Shown one piece after another: positions 12,363 through 25,170 of a stretch of DNA of 64,000 nucleotides; position 1 is the stretch's first letter, and each line of letters opens with the position of its first letter. The DNA is taken from assembly GCF_963921235.1 (NCBI RefSeq), contig NC_086118.1, positions 19,098,001-19,162,000 on the forward strand, read 5' to 3'. The translations under genes and the position numbers were made by a program. The notes below the pieces were generated by a model. It saw only the letters and a list, made by a program, of their open reading frames with translations. It did no database searches and was not told where the DNA came from. Origin of the DNA: Mobula hypostoma (taxonomy: Eukaryota).

Positions 12363-12859
12363 ACCTTTCTAATTCTTATCTTCCTTTTGGCTATGAAACT
12401 CTATAGGGGCTTAATGATCTGGTACCATGTCTAACATAATGTGGGATGAGATTGCAAGTTGCCTATTATTAAAGCTGAGCTCCGCTATTGGATTCTGCAC
12501 AAGTCTCCAATGATGAGGCATAGCCTGGAAACCCCATTAGAATGCAGATCTCCCACATTCTCACAAGCATACCAAACACATAGTGCAGAGATGCTGCAAA
12601 ACTTAGCAAAATCTGCTCCATAGTAAAGCTACAAATACAGTGGAGCACACAAGAATTACTTAATGTACAAGTCGCACGACTAATTTGATAGACAACTAAC
12701 ATTCCTGAGAAACAGTAAAAGCACATATTTTGATCACATCTACAGTATATATATCCAAGCTTACCGCCAATTGTTTTACACAGGATTGACTGAAAGATGT
12801 CTATGCTCATAATGATGTGGTTGCATGTTACAACATGCATCTAATGGCAAATTATGTGT

Positions 12860-13330
12860 TGATTCAAATGGTTTAATTTAACATCAGAGGATGTATACGG
12901 TATACAACCTGAAATTCTTACTCTTCACAGACATCCGCGAAACAAGAATCCCCAAAAACTGAATGATAGAGACATTAGAACCCCAAAGCCCCCTCCCCTC
13001 CCATGCACAAGCAGCAGCAGAAGCATCGACCCTCATCCCCCTCCCCCCACTCGTGCCGGCAGAAGCGCCAACACCCCGAACTTCCACCATGCAAGCAATA
13101 GCAAAATTCCCCAAAGTGACCCTGATCTAGAGTCCATCCAAAACTACAATCCATTACCCAGCACTTTGGTGTCTCAGACAGGCTCTCTCTGTCTGCGTCC
13201 ATCGAGGAAGAGAGAGATCGCTCTCTTGCAAAAGCAAGAGCAGGAGGTCAGCAACTTGCTGTTCCAATGTTACAATCGTCCACGTCGCTTCTCCAATCCC
13301 CCTGACTGGAGAACTGAGGTTGGAATTTCG
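12860..13330 (-). mobile_element. Non-autonomous LINE-derived repeat (Rex/L2-type 3' end)
   Basis: Shares its 3' end with 9945-10238; no coding motifs. Confidence 0.6.
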
Positions 13331-13444
13331 AACAATAAGATGAATACGAGCTCTCAGAGAAATAAATTCATTTGATACCAACAAATTAAGGAGGAACTGT
13401 TAGCCATTCTGTGGATGACTGTTGAAAATGGATGAGAAAAATTG

Positions 13445-13573
13445 AGGAAGGGTCTCGGCCTGAAACGTCGACTGCACCTCTTCCTAGAGATGCTGCCTGG
13501 CCTGCTGCGGTCACCAGCAACTTTTATGTGTGTTGCTTAAATTTCCAGCATCTGCAGAATTCCTGTTGTTTGC
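13445..13573 (+). mobile_element. Short Penelope-derived terminal repeat, truncated inside the hammerhead core
   Basis: gaagggtctcggcctgaaacgtcgactg...tctgcagaattcctgttgtttgc; 10-bp TSD agaaaaattg (13435-13444, 13574-13583). Confidence 0.9.
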
Positions 13574-14210
13574 AGAAAAATTGTCATAATTTTGTACTAT
13601 TATTTAATTAGCTTGGTCTTGGTAACTTGCCTTTCTCAGTGCACTGGTGAAGTTGCTCCATTGCATTCCTTATGAGGGCATTTGGGAGTTATCCAGGCAC
13701 TTGAACAAGGGTTCATTGTTAGAGCGATAGCATGCAGACTGATGTGGATAGAATGAGGAAATGAGCATTGCCAGACAAATTTAATTTAATATTGATAAAG
13801 GATGCAAGATCTACTTGAGTAACAGCAATGCCAATCCACTTTACACCATGCAGGAAGCATGTTCAAGCGGACTATGTGGAGGCTATTGTTTAATAATCTA
13901 CTGTGAAGAAAATGTAGGTGTTACGATAGTTATATATCTCTAAATATTATCCTTACTTTATATAAGCTGCTGTGGGGGAGGGGGTTGAGGCTCTGTTTGG
14001 AATCCTGGGGTCAATTTTTCACATGATGGAGCATGTTAAGATCTTATAAAAAGTTCAAGGGTGGAACGCTAATTGTCTATGAAGTATCATAGACTTGCAC
14101 CACCCTAAAAAATTGTGAACATTGAGAAAATTTGGTTGACAATTTCCATATAAGGGAAATAAGATCATCTCTCCAGGTAAATAGGTGTTTTATTTAGGAT
14201 AAGGAGGGGA

Positions 14211-14805
14211 TATAGATAGATAGATAGATAGATAGATAGGTAGATATACTTTATTAATCCCAAGGGAAATTTGGTTTCGTTACAGCTGCACCAACCAAGA
14301 ATATAGTGTAAATATAGCAATACAAAAACCCCCAACAATCAAACAACAAAATACAAACTATGCCAGATGGAAAATAAGTCCAGGACCAGTCTATTGGCTC
14401 AGGGTGTCTGACCCTCCACAGGAGGAGCTGCACGTTCGATGGCCACAGGCAGGAACGACCTCCCGTGCCGCCAAGTGTTGTATCACGGTGGAATGTGGCC
14501 GAAGTCCAACAATAAAAAGTTCAATATCCAGTCTGCAAACACGTTCCTCGATCGTAATATACCCCGGATTGCACCATCTGTTGTTAACCAGGTCAGTAAG
14601 CACCCAACTCCTTCACACTTACAGCTCTCAGTGCACTTCCGGTCAGCCGGAACGGTATTACCCACTGAACTCCTCTTCTCCAAAAGACTCTGTTGTCTCG
14701 ACCCGGTCCTCTTTCCTCGGCTTTGTGATCCCCCTCTGCATCCTCTGTGTGTTTTCCTCCGGATTTCAGCAGGGGTGTCCGCCGCTCTGCTCGCTAAACC
14801 GGCCG
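14211..14805 (-). mobile_element. Internally deleted Rex/L2-type LINE derivative with (TCTA)n tail
   Basis: (taga)n at 14211-14246 followed by tactttattaatcccaagggaaat (typical minus-strand 3' end); RSFLPVAI-like C-terminal remnant near 14430-14470. Confidence 0.65.
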
Positions 14806-14924
14806 GCATTAGGGAATATTATCAGTTACAAAAACATGACAGAATGTACTGTTTTGTTGAGAGTAGTGCAGAGTTGGTGGGAGCTCACTGTAGTTACTCA
14901 AAGAGAAGGCACTTGTGATCACAA

Positions 14925-15300
14925 TGGCTATCCGTTGGTCAGAGTCGACCATGGATGTTGTGTCATAGCTGTCAAAATCAACATGCCAGCACCGTACAAT
15001 ATGGAAAGCAAGGTGTTGCCCATGCAGCAAGCTCCCCCTCTCCAACTGATGAATCGAAAGGAATGGCAGAGACTGATACAGTTTGGCACCAGCGGCGTTG
15101 CAGGAGTTGCCAGTCAGCATTGAGCTCAGTGTAGGACTGCCTGAGGGACTCCAGCTCCATATTTTTCCTTGGGGTTTACTCCCAAAGTCTTCTCCATGAG
15201 TTGGTAAAGCCACAAGCCAGTGAAGTTTTCAGATCAAAGTTTTCCTTTTCCTGGATGAGATGCCAACCATGGCTGACAAGCCCCATCTGCCTGGAGAAGG
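14925..15300 (-). mobile_element. RTE-derived non-autonomous repeat (putative)
   Basis: Minus strand gggagtaaacccc...ctggagtccct...ctggtgccaaac resembles RTE 5'UTR-type sequence; no ORF motifs. Confidence 0.45.
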
Positions 15301-17009
15301 CTGTTGTGAGTGAAAGATACCAGTAATAATCTGAAGTAATCACGTTAACATTATAGTAATATTAATCAATGGATCGGAAACTTTTAGACAGAAGGCAGGA
15401 ATTTACCAAAATGTCTATCTTCCATCAAGTGGGTTTGAAGCTATTTTAATTTGGTTTTTCCTATTTTCAAGAGGCTGTGAAATATCGGTGGAGTGTTTTC
15501 TGACCATTGAATAAGGGAAGAATAAGGAGTTTGACAATAAGTAGAGCTGAATCAATAAATTGACTGGTTTTCTGCATATAGTTACAGCAATGTAACAAGT
15601 TTGTTGCCTTAGCCATTCACATGGAATAAAACCTCTTAACTTTATAAATGAGTAGTCTAATGGACAGAGTGCAAGTAGGAACAATTTGTGTAATGCATAT
15701 AAGCTCCTACGGGCTACTAAACTTAAAGCCAGTAAAATGTCACGTATGCAGAAATGTACATGGTAAGTACAGAAAGCTGCAATAGTAAGTTAAGTTTATT
15801 CAAGGATCATTTCCGACTGTGCATATGTGCATAACAATGCATACGTGCTGTAAATGCGGTGTCAGATTTACATATGCTGAAATGATAAATCACACACTAG
15901 GATGCTGAAACAACTTCCACTGAAACTTTCAATTGCTAGTGGGACCAGGAAAAGCTTTATGTCCTGAGTCAGGCTTCACCCTGACCTGTACACATTTTAA
16001 AACACTGTTGTCACAATAGACAATTATTCAGAAGCAAGTTACTGCATATCAAGTAAGAAAATAAATGTGAAAGACTTCTAATATATCATCTCTCTCTTTC
16101 TTCTGCCGTTTCTGCTTGTATTTTGTTTTTCATCTCAACACCATTTATAAGCCGTTGAAATTTCTTTTGAACATATTTATTACCTTGCACTCACTTCTAG
16201 TGCCTCATCATTTATTTTTCAAAAAGGAGGAAAATAGAAGAAAAACAAGGTTATGATTGAAGTAAAATTGATTCAAAATACGTAAAACTAAAGAAATCAG
16301 ATTTTGAGATAGATATGACAGTGATAGGCTATATCGCATTCATTGCAAATATTAGGAGAAACTATCGTTTAAACAGTATGTTCCTCGATAAAAAAGAACA
16401 AAGTTGAGAAGATTTATAGTCACCATGTAGGAGACATGCCATTGACATGCAAAACAATGTCATACACTCAATAACATGTAACAGCACCTATCTCTTTTAT
16501 CTTTTATTAAAAGATAAATATTGACCAGAACTCTGAGAGAATAATGAAGCTCTTCTTTGATTCATGCCACTAAAGAGTTACAATTGCCTGTGCTGATGCC
16601 TGAGTTGCAAATAGAAAAGCAAAGTTACTTCCCAGGGATTCAGATGACTACTTTCTGAGACAACAGTACAAAAGTTGACACATTCAAATTGAGATAATTA
16701 AATGAGTTCTCAAATTGTAAAGCTGCTATAGGTAAAACTGACTATGATGCGACTGGGCTAAAGGTCAGTGTATAATGCTTTTTACTTTCCCTTCCATTAT
16801 CTGGAATGGAAGATCCATAGCAATGTGATTGACCCTGAAACTGGCTTCTGCGATAACCCAGCAAGTTAGTTATTTCTGGGTGAAATTAATGGCAGGTATT
16901 CCGTTCAAGTCCAAGGTTATTGTCTTCTAATCGACTGAAACAATGTTCTTCCGGACCACAGTGCATCCACAATACACATATCACACACAGAACATAGACA
17001 ATCATTAAC

Positions 17010-17140
17010 AAGACAAAATCTGCAGATGTTCGAAATCCAAGCAACACACATACAAAATGCTGGAGAAACTCAGCAGGCCAGGCAGCATCTATGAAAAAGA
17101 GTATAGCTGACATTTCAGGCCGAGACCCTTCATCAGGACT
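17010..17140 (-). mobile_element. Short Penelope-derived terminal repeat with hammerhead-like motif
   Basis: Minus strand agtcctgatgaagggtctcggcctgaaatgtcagct...gatgctgcctggcctgctgagt. Confidence 0.85.
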
Positions 17141-17529
17141 TCGACAAAATATCCAGCACATAGACAAAATATTTTCACAAATAAGTTAACAAACAGGTAA
17201 ACAGTAAATTGTACAGTAAACGGTGAACTGCAAAATGCTGTTATTTCCTGGCCTTTACTATGGTCAATACATTCAATGCCTAAATTTTAATAATCTCCCT
17301 TGCCAAATGAATGTTTCTTCAACAAGGTGGACTGTTGAGAGAGGGCAGTATAGATAACTAAGCTGCAGAAACAGGAAGGAGTAAGTTCCAGAAAGCAATA
17401 GTAATGAAAGGACAGGTAGGTGATGGTGTGGTCACACATGTTATCTATAGGATCATAGATATGTCTGAATGGCAGAACATTCTGGAGGGATGCACTGAAT
17501 AGCCTGTGACTGAATAGGCATAGTGTCAT

Positions 17530-17950
17530 ATAGCTGTACAGTACAGAAAATGGGCTCTTGACCCAGACATGTGCATGCTGATAAAAATATACAGTATATT
17601 CAGGCTAGTCCCATTTCCTAGAACTTGATCTATATCCCTTTAAACTCTTGCCATCCATGTACCTACCCACATATCTACTTCTTAAATATATCTAATGTAC
17701 GTGCCTCAACCACTTCATCTGGCAGCTGGTTCCATATATCTACCACCCGCTGTGTAATAAAAAGTTGTCATCAGGTTTTAGTAAACCTTTCATTTCTAAT
17801 CATTAAGCTATGCCCTCTTGTTCTCAATCCCTCAATCTTGCAAAAAAGACCGCTCACCCTATCTATACCCTACCTCTATGAAATCATCCCTCAATCTCCT
17901 ATTCTCCAAGGAGTAAGGACCCAAAATGCCGAATAACTCAGTTTCCTACA
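17530..17950 (-). mobile_element. Old CR1 3' fragment
   Basis: ggcagctggttccatatatctaccacccgctgtgt is the reverse of the CR1 TQRVVDIWNQLP motif. Confidence 0.7.
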
Positions 17951-18599
17951 ATACAACATAGGCAGTAAAAGAGCTGAGGTTCTTGAAGACAGACCATGAA
18001 TATTTAAACAAGTGATCTGAGAAGCAGGACCTCAAAGGTGGTAATTTTCAGAACACTGCCAAACACAGACAAATAGGACTACTTAGCTAAGGATTGTGGT
18101 TGGCATAGATCACTTGGGCTGAAGGACCCACTTCCATGCAGTGTCACTCTATATCTCTATGACTTTGTGACTCTTGGTACGACAAAGGATGATAATATAG
18201 TTGGATGTGAGGTTCAACAGATGATTCAAGAAGAGCTTTGCATTTGTGGTTGTTGGGACTATTTCTGGGAAAGGTGTTCCTGCTACATTCTGGATGCATT
18301 CATTTAACAAGACAGGACAAATATCCTCACAGATAGGTTTATCAGTGTTGATGGGGAGAGTTTAGACCTACTTTGAGAACATTTGGATTGGTACTGAGAA
18401 ACCTGACATTGTTTATTAAGAATACAAGATGTCCTGTGGAAAGGGCACCAGCTCATAAGCTACCTGCTTGTCTTCTCCATCAAACTCCTCCTGACCCATC
18501 AGTGGAAGAGTCTGTGGATCAGAGCTCATAAAACCAGAATGGAAGCCAGTTATCCTCACTCACTGGACAGCATAAGAAGAAGAAGGAAAGTTATTTGCT

Positions 18600-19895
18600 T
18601 CACTCACCAAATGCTGGAGGAACTCAGCAGGCCAGGCAGCAGCTATGGAAAAGAGTATATTCAATGTTTCAGGCAAAGACCCTTCATCAGGACTGGAGAA
18701 AAAAAGATGAGGAGTCAGAGTTAGAAGGTGGCAGGAGACCACTTTGCCAAGCACCTAAGCTCCAATCTGATTCAAAGATTCAAAGATTCAAGATTCAAAA
18801 AACTTTATTATCATTCTAACCGTACATCAGCTCTGCAGGGCAGAATGAGACAGCGTTTCTCAGGAGCAGTGCAATCATAACATAACAAACGCAACACTGA
18901 ATAATAAACATAACAATCAATAGTAAAACACAACAGCCACATGTCAGTTAAAATCAAGTTATAAGTGTCCAGTGCAAGTTAAAAGTGTCCAAAGCAGAGT
19001 CAGGTAGAGCAGCTATTTAGCAGTCTGACTGCCTGTGGGAGGAAGCTGTTTAGTAGCCTTGTGGTTTTAGTTTTGATGCTCCTGTAACGTTTGCCTGATG
19101 GCAGAAGAACAAACAGTTCATAGAGAGGGTGTGAGGGGTCTTTAATGATGTACTGTGTCTTCTGGAGGCATGGACTCCGAAAGAGATCTTGGACAGAAGG
19201 TAGGGAGACCCCAATAACCTTCTCTGCTCCCCTAACCACCCTCTGCAAGGCTTTTTTGTCGACAGCACTGCAGCTGGAGTACCGGGTTGTGATGCAAAAG
19301 GTCAGCACACTCTCAACCACGCCTCTGTAGAATGTAGTTAAGATGTTCAGAGGGATTGATGCTTGTTTAAGCTTCCTCAGAAAGTGCAATCTCTGCTGGG
19401 CCCGTTTCACAATCCCAGTGGTGTTCCTGGACCAGGTGAGATTGTCCGAGATCTGCATGAACATCGATTTCTTGAACTTCCAGTAATGCCCTTCCCCCTT
19501 CACTACTTCCCATTCCCTTTTCCCTCACCTTATCTCCTTACCAGCCAATCACCTTCCTCTGATGCTCCTTCTCCTTTCTTTCTTCTATGGCCTTCTGTCC
19601 TCTCCTGTCAGCTTCCCCCTTCTCCAGCCCTGTATCTCTTTCACCAATCAGCTTCTCAGCTCTTCACCTCACCTATTCCTCTCCCTTCTCAGTTTCACTG
19701 ATCATCTTGTGTTTCTTCCTCCCTCCCTCACCTTCTAACTCTGACTCCTCATCTTTTCTCGACAGTCCTGATGAATGGACTTGGTCCAAAATTTCGACTG
19801 TACTGTTTCCCATAGATGCTGCCTGGCCTGCTGAGATCCCTCAGCATTTCTGTGTGTGTTGCTTGGATTTCCAGCATCTGCAGACTTTTTCTTGT
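18600..19895 (+). mobile_element. Penelope-like element with inverted 5' terminal repeat (18600-18735 minus), interrupted by a Rex LINE
   Basis: Minus repeat arm, then ctccaatctg|catgaacatcgatttc split by the insertion; + terminal repeat at 19760-19895. Confidence 0.8.
18768..19454 (-). mobile_element. Rex/Babar LINE 3' fragment
   Basis: ORF 19000-19503: ISDNLTWS..KRAQQRLHFLRKL..FYRGVVESVLTFCIT..LPSGKRYRSI..NSFLPQAVRLLN; (gattcaaa)n tail. Confidence 0.9.
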
Positions 19896-20274
19896 TTGTG
19901 GAAAGACACTTACATGGCAAGTTGAACAATGATTTGAAAGGAAAAAGGACAGAATGAGAAGCTTGATCAATAAGGGGAAAATTTAAGGACAGAGGAAACA
20001 TAGTTTATGATCTGGGCAAAGAAGGGAATCTGAGTATGTTTATTGGAATTTACCTCAAGCACTATGTTGAATGAAACAGTTGAAGATATTGATAGAATGC
20101 TGGGTGTATGATATGAATGCTTTGATGAACAAGTGGCTTCAAGCAAGGAGAACTGCATTTGTCATCTCAAGAGCTTTCGAATGAGATAGAGAGGGCTGAG
20201 CAATATTCATTAAAGAAATAAGCAGAGCTGTGGAAAAAGGCTGCCTGGAGGTCAGTGACTTAGTGGAGAGCTGC

Positions 20275-22313
20275 AAGGATCTGTCCTGGAACCCCTGCTC
20301 TTTGCGATTTTTATAAATGACCTGGATGAAGAGGCAGAAGGATGGGTGAGTAAGTTTGTGGACGACACGAAGATTGGAGGAGTTGTGGATGGATCTGTAG
20401 GTTGTCAGAGGTTACAAGAGGATATTGACAGGATGCAGAGTTGGACAGAAAAGTGACAGATGGAATTCAATCTGGGTAAGTGTGAGGTGATGCATTTTGG
20501 AAGGACAAACCAGAAGGCTGTGTTCAGGGTTAATGGTCGGTTACTTAAGAGTGTGGATGAACAGAGGGACCTTGGAGTTCAAATCCACACATCCCTCAAG
20601 GTCGCTGCACAGGTTGATAGGATAGTTGAGAAGGCCTATGGGATGCTAGACTTCATTAATAGGGGGATTGAGTTCCAGAGTAGAGAAGTCATGTTGCAAC
20701 TCTACAAATCTCTGGTGAGACCACACTTAGAGTACTATATTGTCTTCAGTTCTGGTCACCTCATTATAGGAAGGATGTGGAAGCTATGGAAAGGGTGCAG
20801 AGGAGATTTACCAGGATGTTGCCTGGATTAGAAAACAAGTCTTATGAGGCAAGGTTAGCAGAGCTGGGACTTTTCTCTTTGGAGCGTAGAAGGATGAGAG
20901 GGGACTTGATAGAGATCTACAAGATTATGAGAGGCATAGATAGGGTGCATAGCCAGTACCTGTTTCCCAGGGCACGAATAGCAAACAACAGAGGGTATAT
21001 GTACAAAGTTAAGGGAGGGAAGTTTAGGGGAGACATCAGGGGTAACTAGTGGGGTACCGCAAGGCTCAGTGCTGGGACCCCAGTTGTTTACAATATATAT
21101 TAATGACTTGGATGAGGGAATTAAATGCAGCATCTCCAAGTTTGCGGATGACACAAAGCTGGGTGGCAGTGTTAGCAGTGAGGAGGATGCTAAGAGGATG
21201 CAGGGTGACTTGGATAGGTTGGGTGAGTGGGCAAACTCATGGCAGATGCAATTTAATGTGGATAAATGTGAAGTTATCCACTTTGGTGGCAAAAATAGGA
21301 AAACAGATTATTATCTGAATGGTGGCCGATTAGGAAAAGGAGAGGTGCAACGAGACCTGGGTGTCATTATACACCAGTCATTGAAAGTGGGCATGCAGGT
21401 ACAGCAGGCGGTGAAAAAGGCGAACGGTATGCTGGCATTTATAGCGAGAGGATTCGAGTACAGGAGCAGGGAGGTACTACTGCAGTTGTACAAGGCCTTG
21501 GTGAGACCACACCTGGAGTATTGTGTGCAGTTTTGGTCCCCTAATCTGAGGAAAGACATCTTTGCCATAGAGGGAGTACAAAGAAGGTTCACCAGATTGA
21601 TTCCTGGGATGGCAGGTCTTTCATATGAAGAAAGACTGGATGAACTGGGCTTGTACTCGTTGGAATTTAGAAGATTGAGGGGGGATCTGATTGAAACGTA
21701 TAAGATCCTAAAGGGATTGGACAGGCTAGATGCGGGAAGATTGTTCCCGATGTTGGGGAGGTCTAGAACGAGGGGTCACAGTTTGAGGATAGAGGGGAAG
21801 CCTTTTAGGACCGAGGTTAGGAAAAACTTCTTCACACAGAGAGTGGTGAATCTGTGGAATTCTCTGCCACAGCAAACTGTTGAGGCCAGTTCATTGGCTA
21901 TGTTTAAAAGGAAGTTAGATATGGCCCTTGTGGCTACAGGGGTCAGGGGGTATGGAGGGAAGGCTGGGTTCTGAGTTGGATGATCAGCCATGATCATAAT
22001 AAATGGCGGTGCAGGCTCGAAGGGTCGAATGGCCTACTCCTGCACCTATTTTCTATGTTTCTATGTTTCTATGTAAGTTTTTTACACAGAGGGTTGTGGG
22101 TGCCTGGAATGACTTGCCAGGGATGGTGGTGGAGGCTAAAACATTAGGGGTATTTAAGAGCCTCTTGGACAGGCACATGGATGAAAGTAAAATAGACGGT
22201 TACGGGGTAGTGTAGGTTTAGTACATATTTTTTAAGGAATATATGGGTCGGCACAACATCAAGGGCCAAAGGGCCTGTACTATGCTGTAGTATTCTAGTG
22301 TCTAGTGTCTAGT
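20275..22313 (+). mobile_element. Older CR1 3' half, interrupted by a young CR1
   Basis: QGSVLEP, INDLD, KCEVMHFG, LVRPHLEY; sequence resumes at 22073 (FFTQRVVGAWN); (tctagtg)n tail. Confidence 0.92.
21046..22072 (+). mobile_element. Young CR1 3' fragment (copy 2) nested in an older CR1
   Basis: Open frame of 301 aa with FADD; gtaa repeated on both sides (21042-21045, 22073-22076). Confidence 0.95.
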
Positions 22314-22539
22314 ATCATTGAATGAGGCAGCATGTGTTGAATTTAAGAGAAAAAAGGGAGTCATATACATTGTTGTGGTTTTACAATAGGCTTCAAAGTA
22401 GTCTGAGGGAGAGAGAAGAGCAAAGTTCTGACAAGTGCACAGGGACCAGTAGTGGAGGATTTAACTTGCCCTAATAATACTGACATGCAGCAGTGTGGAA
22501 GGTAGAGTACAGAATATTCACAATTATGTTCAGGAGAAA

Positions 22540-23380
22540 TACACAAAATGCTGGAGGAACTCAGCAGGTTAGGCAGCAACAAAGGAGGGCAATAAACAGT
22601 TGACATTTTGTGCCGAGACCCTTCATCAGAACTGAAAAGGAAGGGGGAAATAGCCAGAAGCGCAAAAAGGTGGGGGAGGCAGAGAAAGGAGTGTAACTTG
22701 GTAGGTTTCAGCGAAGTCAAGTGAGGGGGATGGTAGGTGCCTGGGGGAGGAAGCTAAGTTAAGTGAAATAGGAAGGTGATTCTTGATTGGTCAGGACATG
22801 AAGGGATATGGGGAGAAGACAGGAGATTGGGGACAATTAGATCAGCCATAATGAAATGGCGAAGCAGACTCAATGGGCCAAATGGCCTTATTTGCTCCTA
22901 TATCTTATGGTTTTACGGTGATGGATAGAAGAGTTAAAGAGCTGAAAAAGAAGGAATTTGTTAGGAGAGAGGACTGGGAAAGAGGAGGGGCACCAAAAAG
23001 AGATGATAGGCAGGTTAAAAGGAGAGAAGGAGTAAGTGGGGAGCCAAAATAGGGAATAGAAAAAGAGAGAAGGGGGAGGGGAGACCTTACTGGAAGCTAG
23101 AGAAATTAATGTTCATTCCATCAGGTTGGAGGCTACCCAGGTGGAATGTGACTTGTTGCTCCTTCAACCTGAGATTTGTTTCTTCGTGGCAGTAGAGCAG
23201 GCCATGGTTCGACATGTTGTGATGGGCATGGGAAACAGAATTAAAACAGATGGTGAGTTGGAAATCCTGCCCATTATAGTGGATGGAAAAATGGTGCTTG
23301 ATGAAGCAGTCCCCCAATCTATACCTGGTCTTATTAAAGTAGAGGAGACTACACTGGAAGCACTAGATACAGCGTAAGAA
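22540..23380 (-). mobile_element. Penelope-like element 3' part, with a nested CR1 3'UTR piece (~22780-22915, +)
   Basis: Terminal repeat 22540-22635; minus ORF LLYCHEETNLRLKEQQVTFHLGSLQPDGMNINFS matches the Penelope GIY-YIG C-terminus seen in other copies. Confidence 0.8.
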
Positions 23381-23789
23381 CTCACTGTTCAGGAGAACTC
23401 TTTTGGCCAATATATAACGAGCACAACAATAGAGGTATTAATTCTAGATTTAATTTTGAGAATGAAAGCTGAGCAGGTAGAAAGAGAGCATTTTTATGGC
23501 TGTGACAGTAATACAGTTAGATTTAGTACTGTTGTGGAAAAGATGAGATTAGAAGTAGAATGTCAGTTTTAAAATGGGCTAAGTCCAATTTTATACAACT
23601 GAGAAGAGATTGAGCAAAATTGTACTGGACGCTATGACTTGGTGGTAAATGAAGTCATGAGAGACACTTAAGAAAGTGATTCAAGGCTAATTTAAGGCAA
23701 TAAAGGAAATATTAGGTCTGATGTCAAGAACTTACTGCAGTATAACGCCTGGAAGGTGATGGAAACTATAGAAGTAAATTAGTAAGCTG

Positions 23790-24180
23790 CTTTGTTGTTT
23801 CCATGTGTACCATGCTACGGGGGATAGCTTGGGTTTGCATGCCATCCATTCAGAACATTTCATTACAATAGCATTTTCGGTTGTACAAGGAAAAAGCAGT
23901 AGATGAATGCAAAATGAAGTGTTAGATACAGAGAAAGTGCAGTGCCCGCAGACAATAAGGTGCAAGATAGACTATGTGATCAAGAGTCCATTTTTATCAT
24001 ACAAAGGGATTATTCAGTAGTCATCACAGCAGGAGAGAAGCTTAAGCTTGGTTCTATAAGCTTTCAGGCTTTTGTATCTTCTGCCCAACGGGAGGAGGAG
24101 AGGAGAGAATGTCTGGGTAGAATCTTTGCATACAATGGCCACTTTACTGAGGCAGTGAGAAGTATAGATGGTCTGTGCAA
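23790..24180 (-). mobile_element. Rex/Babar 3' fragment
   Basis: LLLPLGRRYKSLKA motif in minus frame. Confidence 0.6.
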
Positions 24181-24334
24181 AGTGTACGTGCTCTTTCTTC
24201 CTGAGTACAAACAAACTGAAAAAATGTGGCTTGAGAGTGAAATTAAAATGTAAATGAAGATAACAATGGGAAGGCATGAAAAAATATTGGTAAGTAAAAT
24301 TTGACAATATCCAAACATGTCCTCGCTCATCCAA

Positions 24335-24685
24335 TAGTGCAGCAATGCCTTAAAAAGGCAGCGTCCGTCATTAAGGATGCCCGTCACCAAGGACATGCCC
24401 TGCTCTCATTGCTACCATCAGGAAGAAGGCACAGGAACCTGAAGGCACACACTAAACAATTCAGGAACAGCTTCTTCCCCTCTATCGTCCGATTTCTGAA
24501 TGGACTTTGAACCCATGAACACTACCTAACTACTTTTATTTTTATTTTTGCACTACTTATTTAATTTAACTATTTTATATACATATTTACAGTAATTCAG
24601 TTTTTTTTCTCTATTTTTATGTATTGCATTGTATTGCTGTTGTGAAAACAATATGCTGGTGATAGTAAATTTAACTCTGATTGTG
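24335..24685 (+). mobile_element. Rex/Babar 3' fragment
   Basis: CLKKAASVIKD..GHALLSLLPSGRRHRNLKAHTKQFRNSFFPS..RFLNG, ending in a tctgat tail. Confidence 0.85.
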
Positions 24686-25107
24686 AATAGTAGTGGTGAA
24701 TTAAACTACCAATCAAAGGAGGAGACTTCATGAACTGCTCTTTTCTCAACATAGCCAATATCAGTCTATGAGTGAAGAGAAGCAGAAAGCGACTAGTGTC
24801 ATATTCAGTTTGAAGATGGTTCTCCAGCTGAAGATCCACCTGCAGTCCTCATCATCACAATCTTCAACAAATGTAATTCACTCTACATGAAGTTAACTAA
24901 CTTGTATGATCCTATTGTTCAGATCATGTACAAGCTGTGGTACTAAATGGTTGATATTCAGGGGTACCTGTGCCATTGACAATTGTTCACACAAAAGAGC
25001 CAGACAAATCATACCAAGCTAATTCTTACCCTCTTTGAAAGTCTCACTGAAACTGTCATCAAGAAAGGTTTACCAACTTAACATATCAATTGCCCATTTA
25101 GATTCTG

Positions 25108-25170
25108 TCAAGAAAACTTGGTTCTAACTCAGTGTAACTCAAGAAAACTTGGTTCTACCTCAGTATAACT
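25108..25170 (+). repeat. 31-bp tandem duplication
   Basis: tcaagaaaacttggttctaactcagtgtaac followed by tcaagaaaacttggttctacctcagtataac. Confidence 0.9.

Noticed and set aside
14404..15123. 239-aa ORF and overlapping ORFs as host genes
   Set aside because: They run across antisense LINE-derived and RTE-derived repeats, with no recognisable domain.
25030..25105. Minus-strand exon candidate (cag...gtaag)
   Set aside because: All three frames contain stops.
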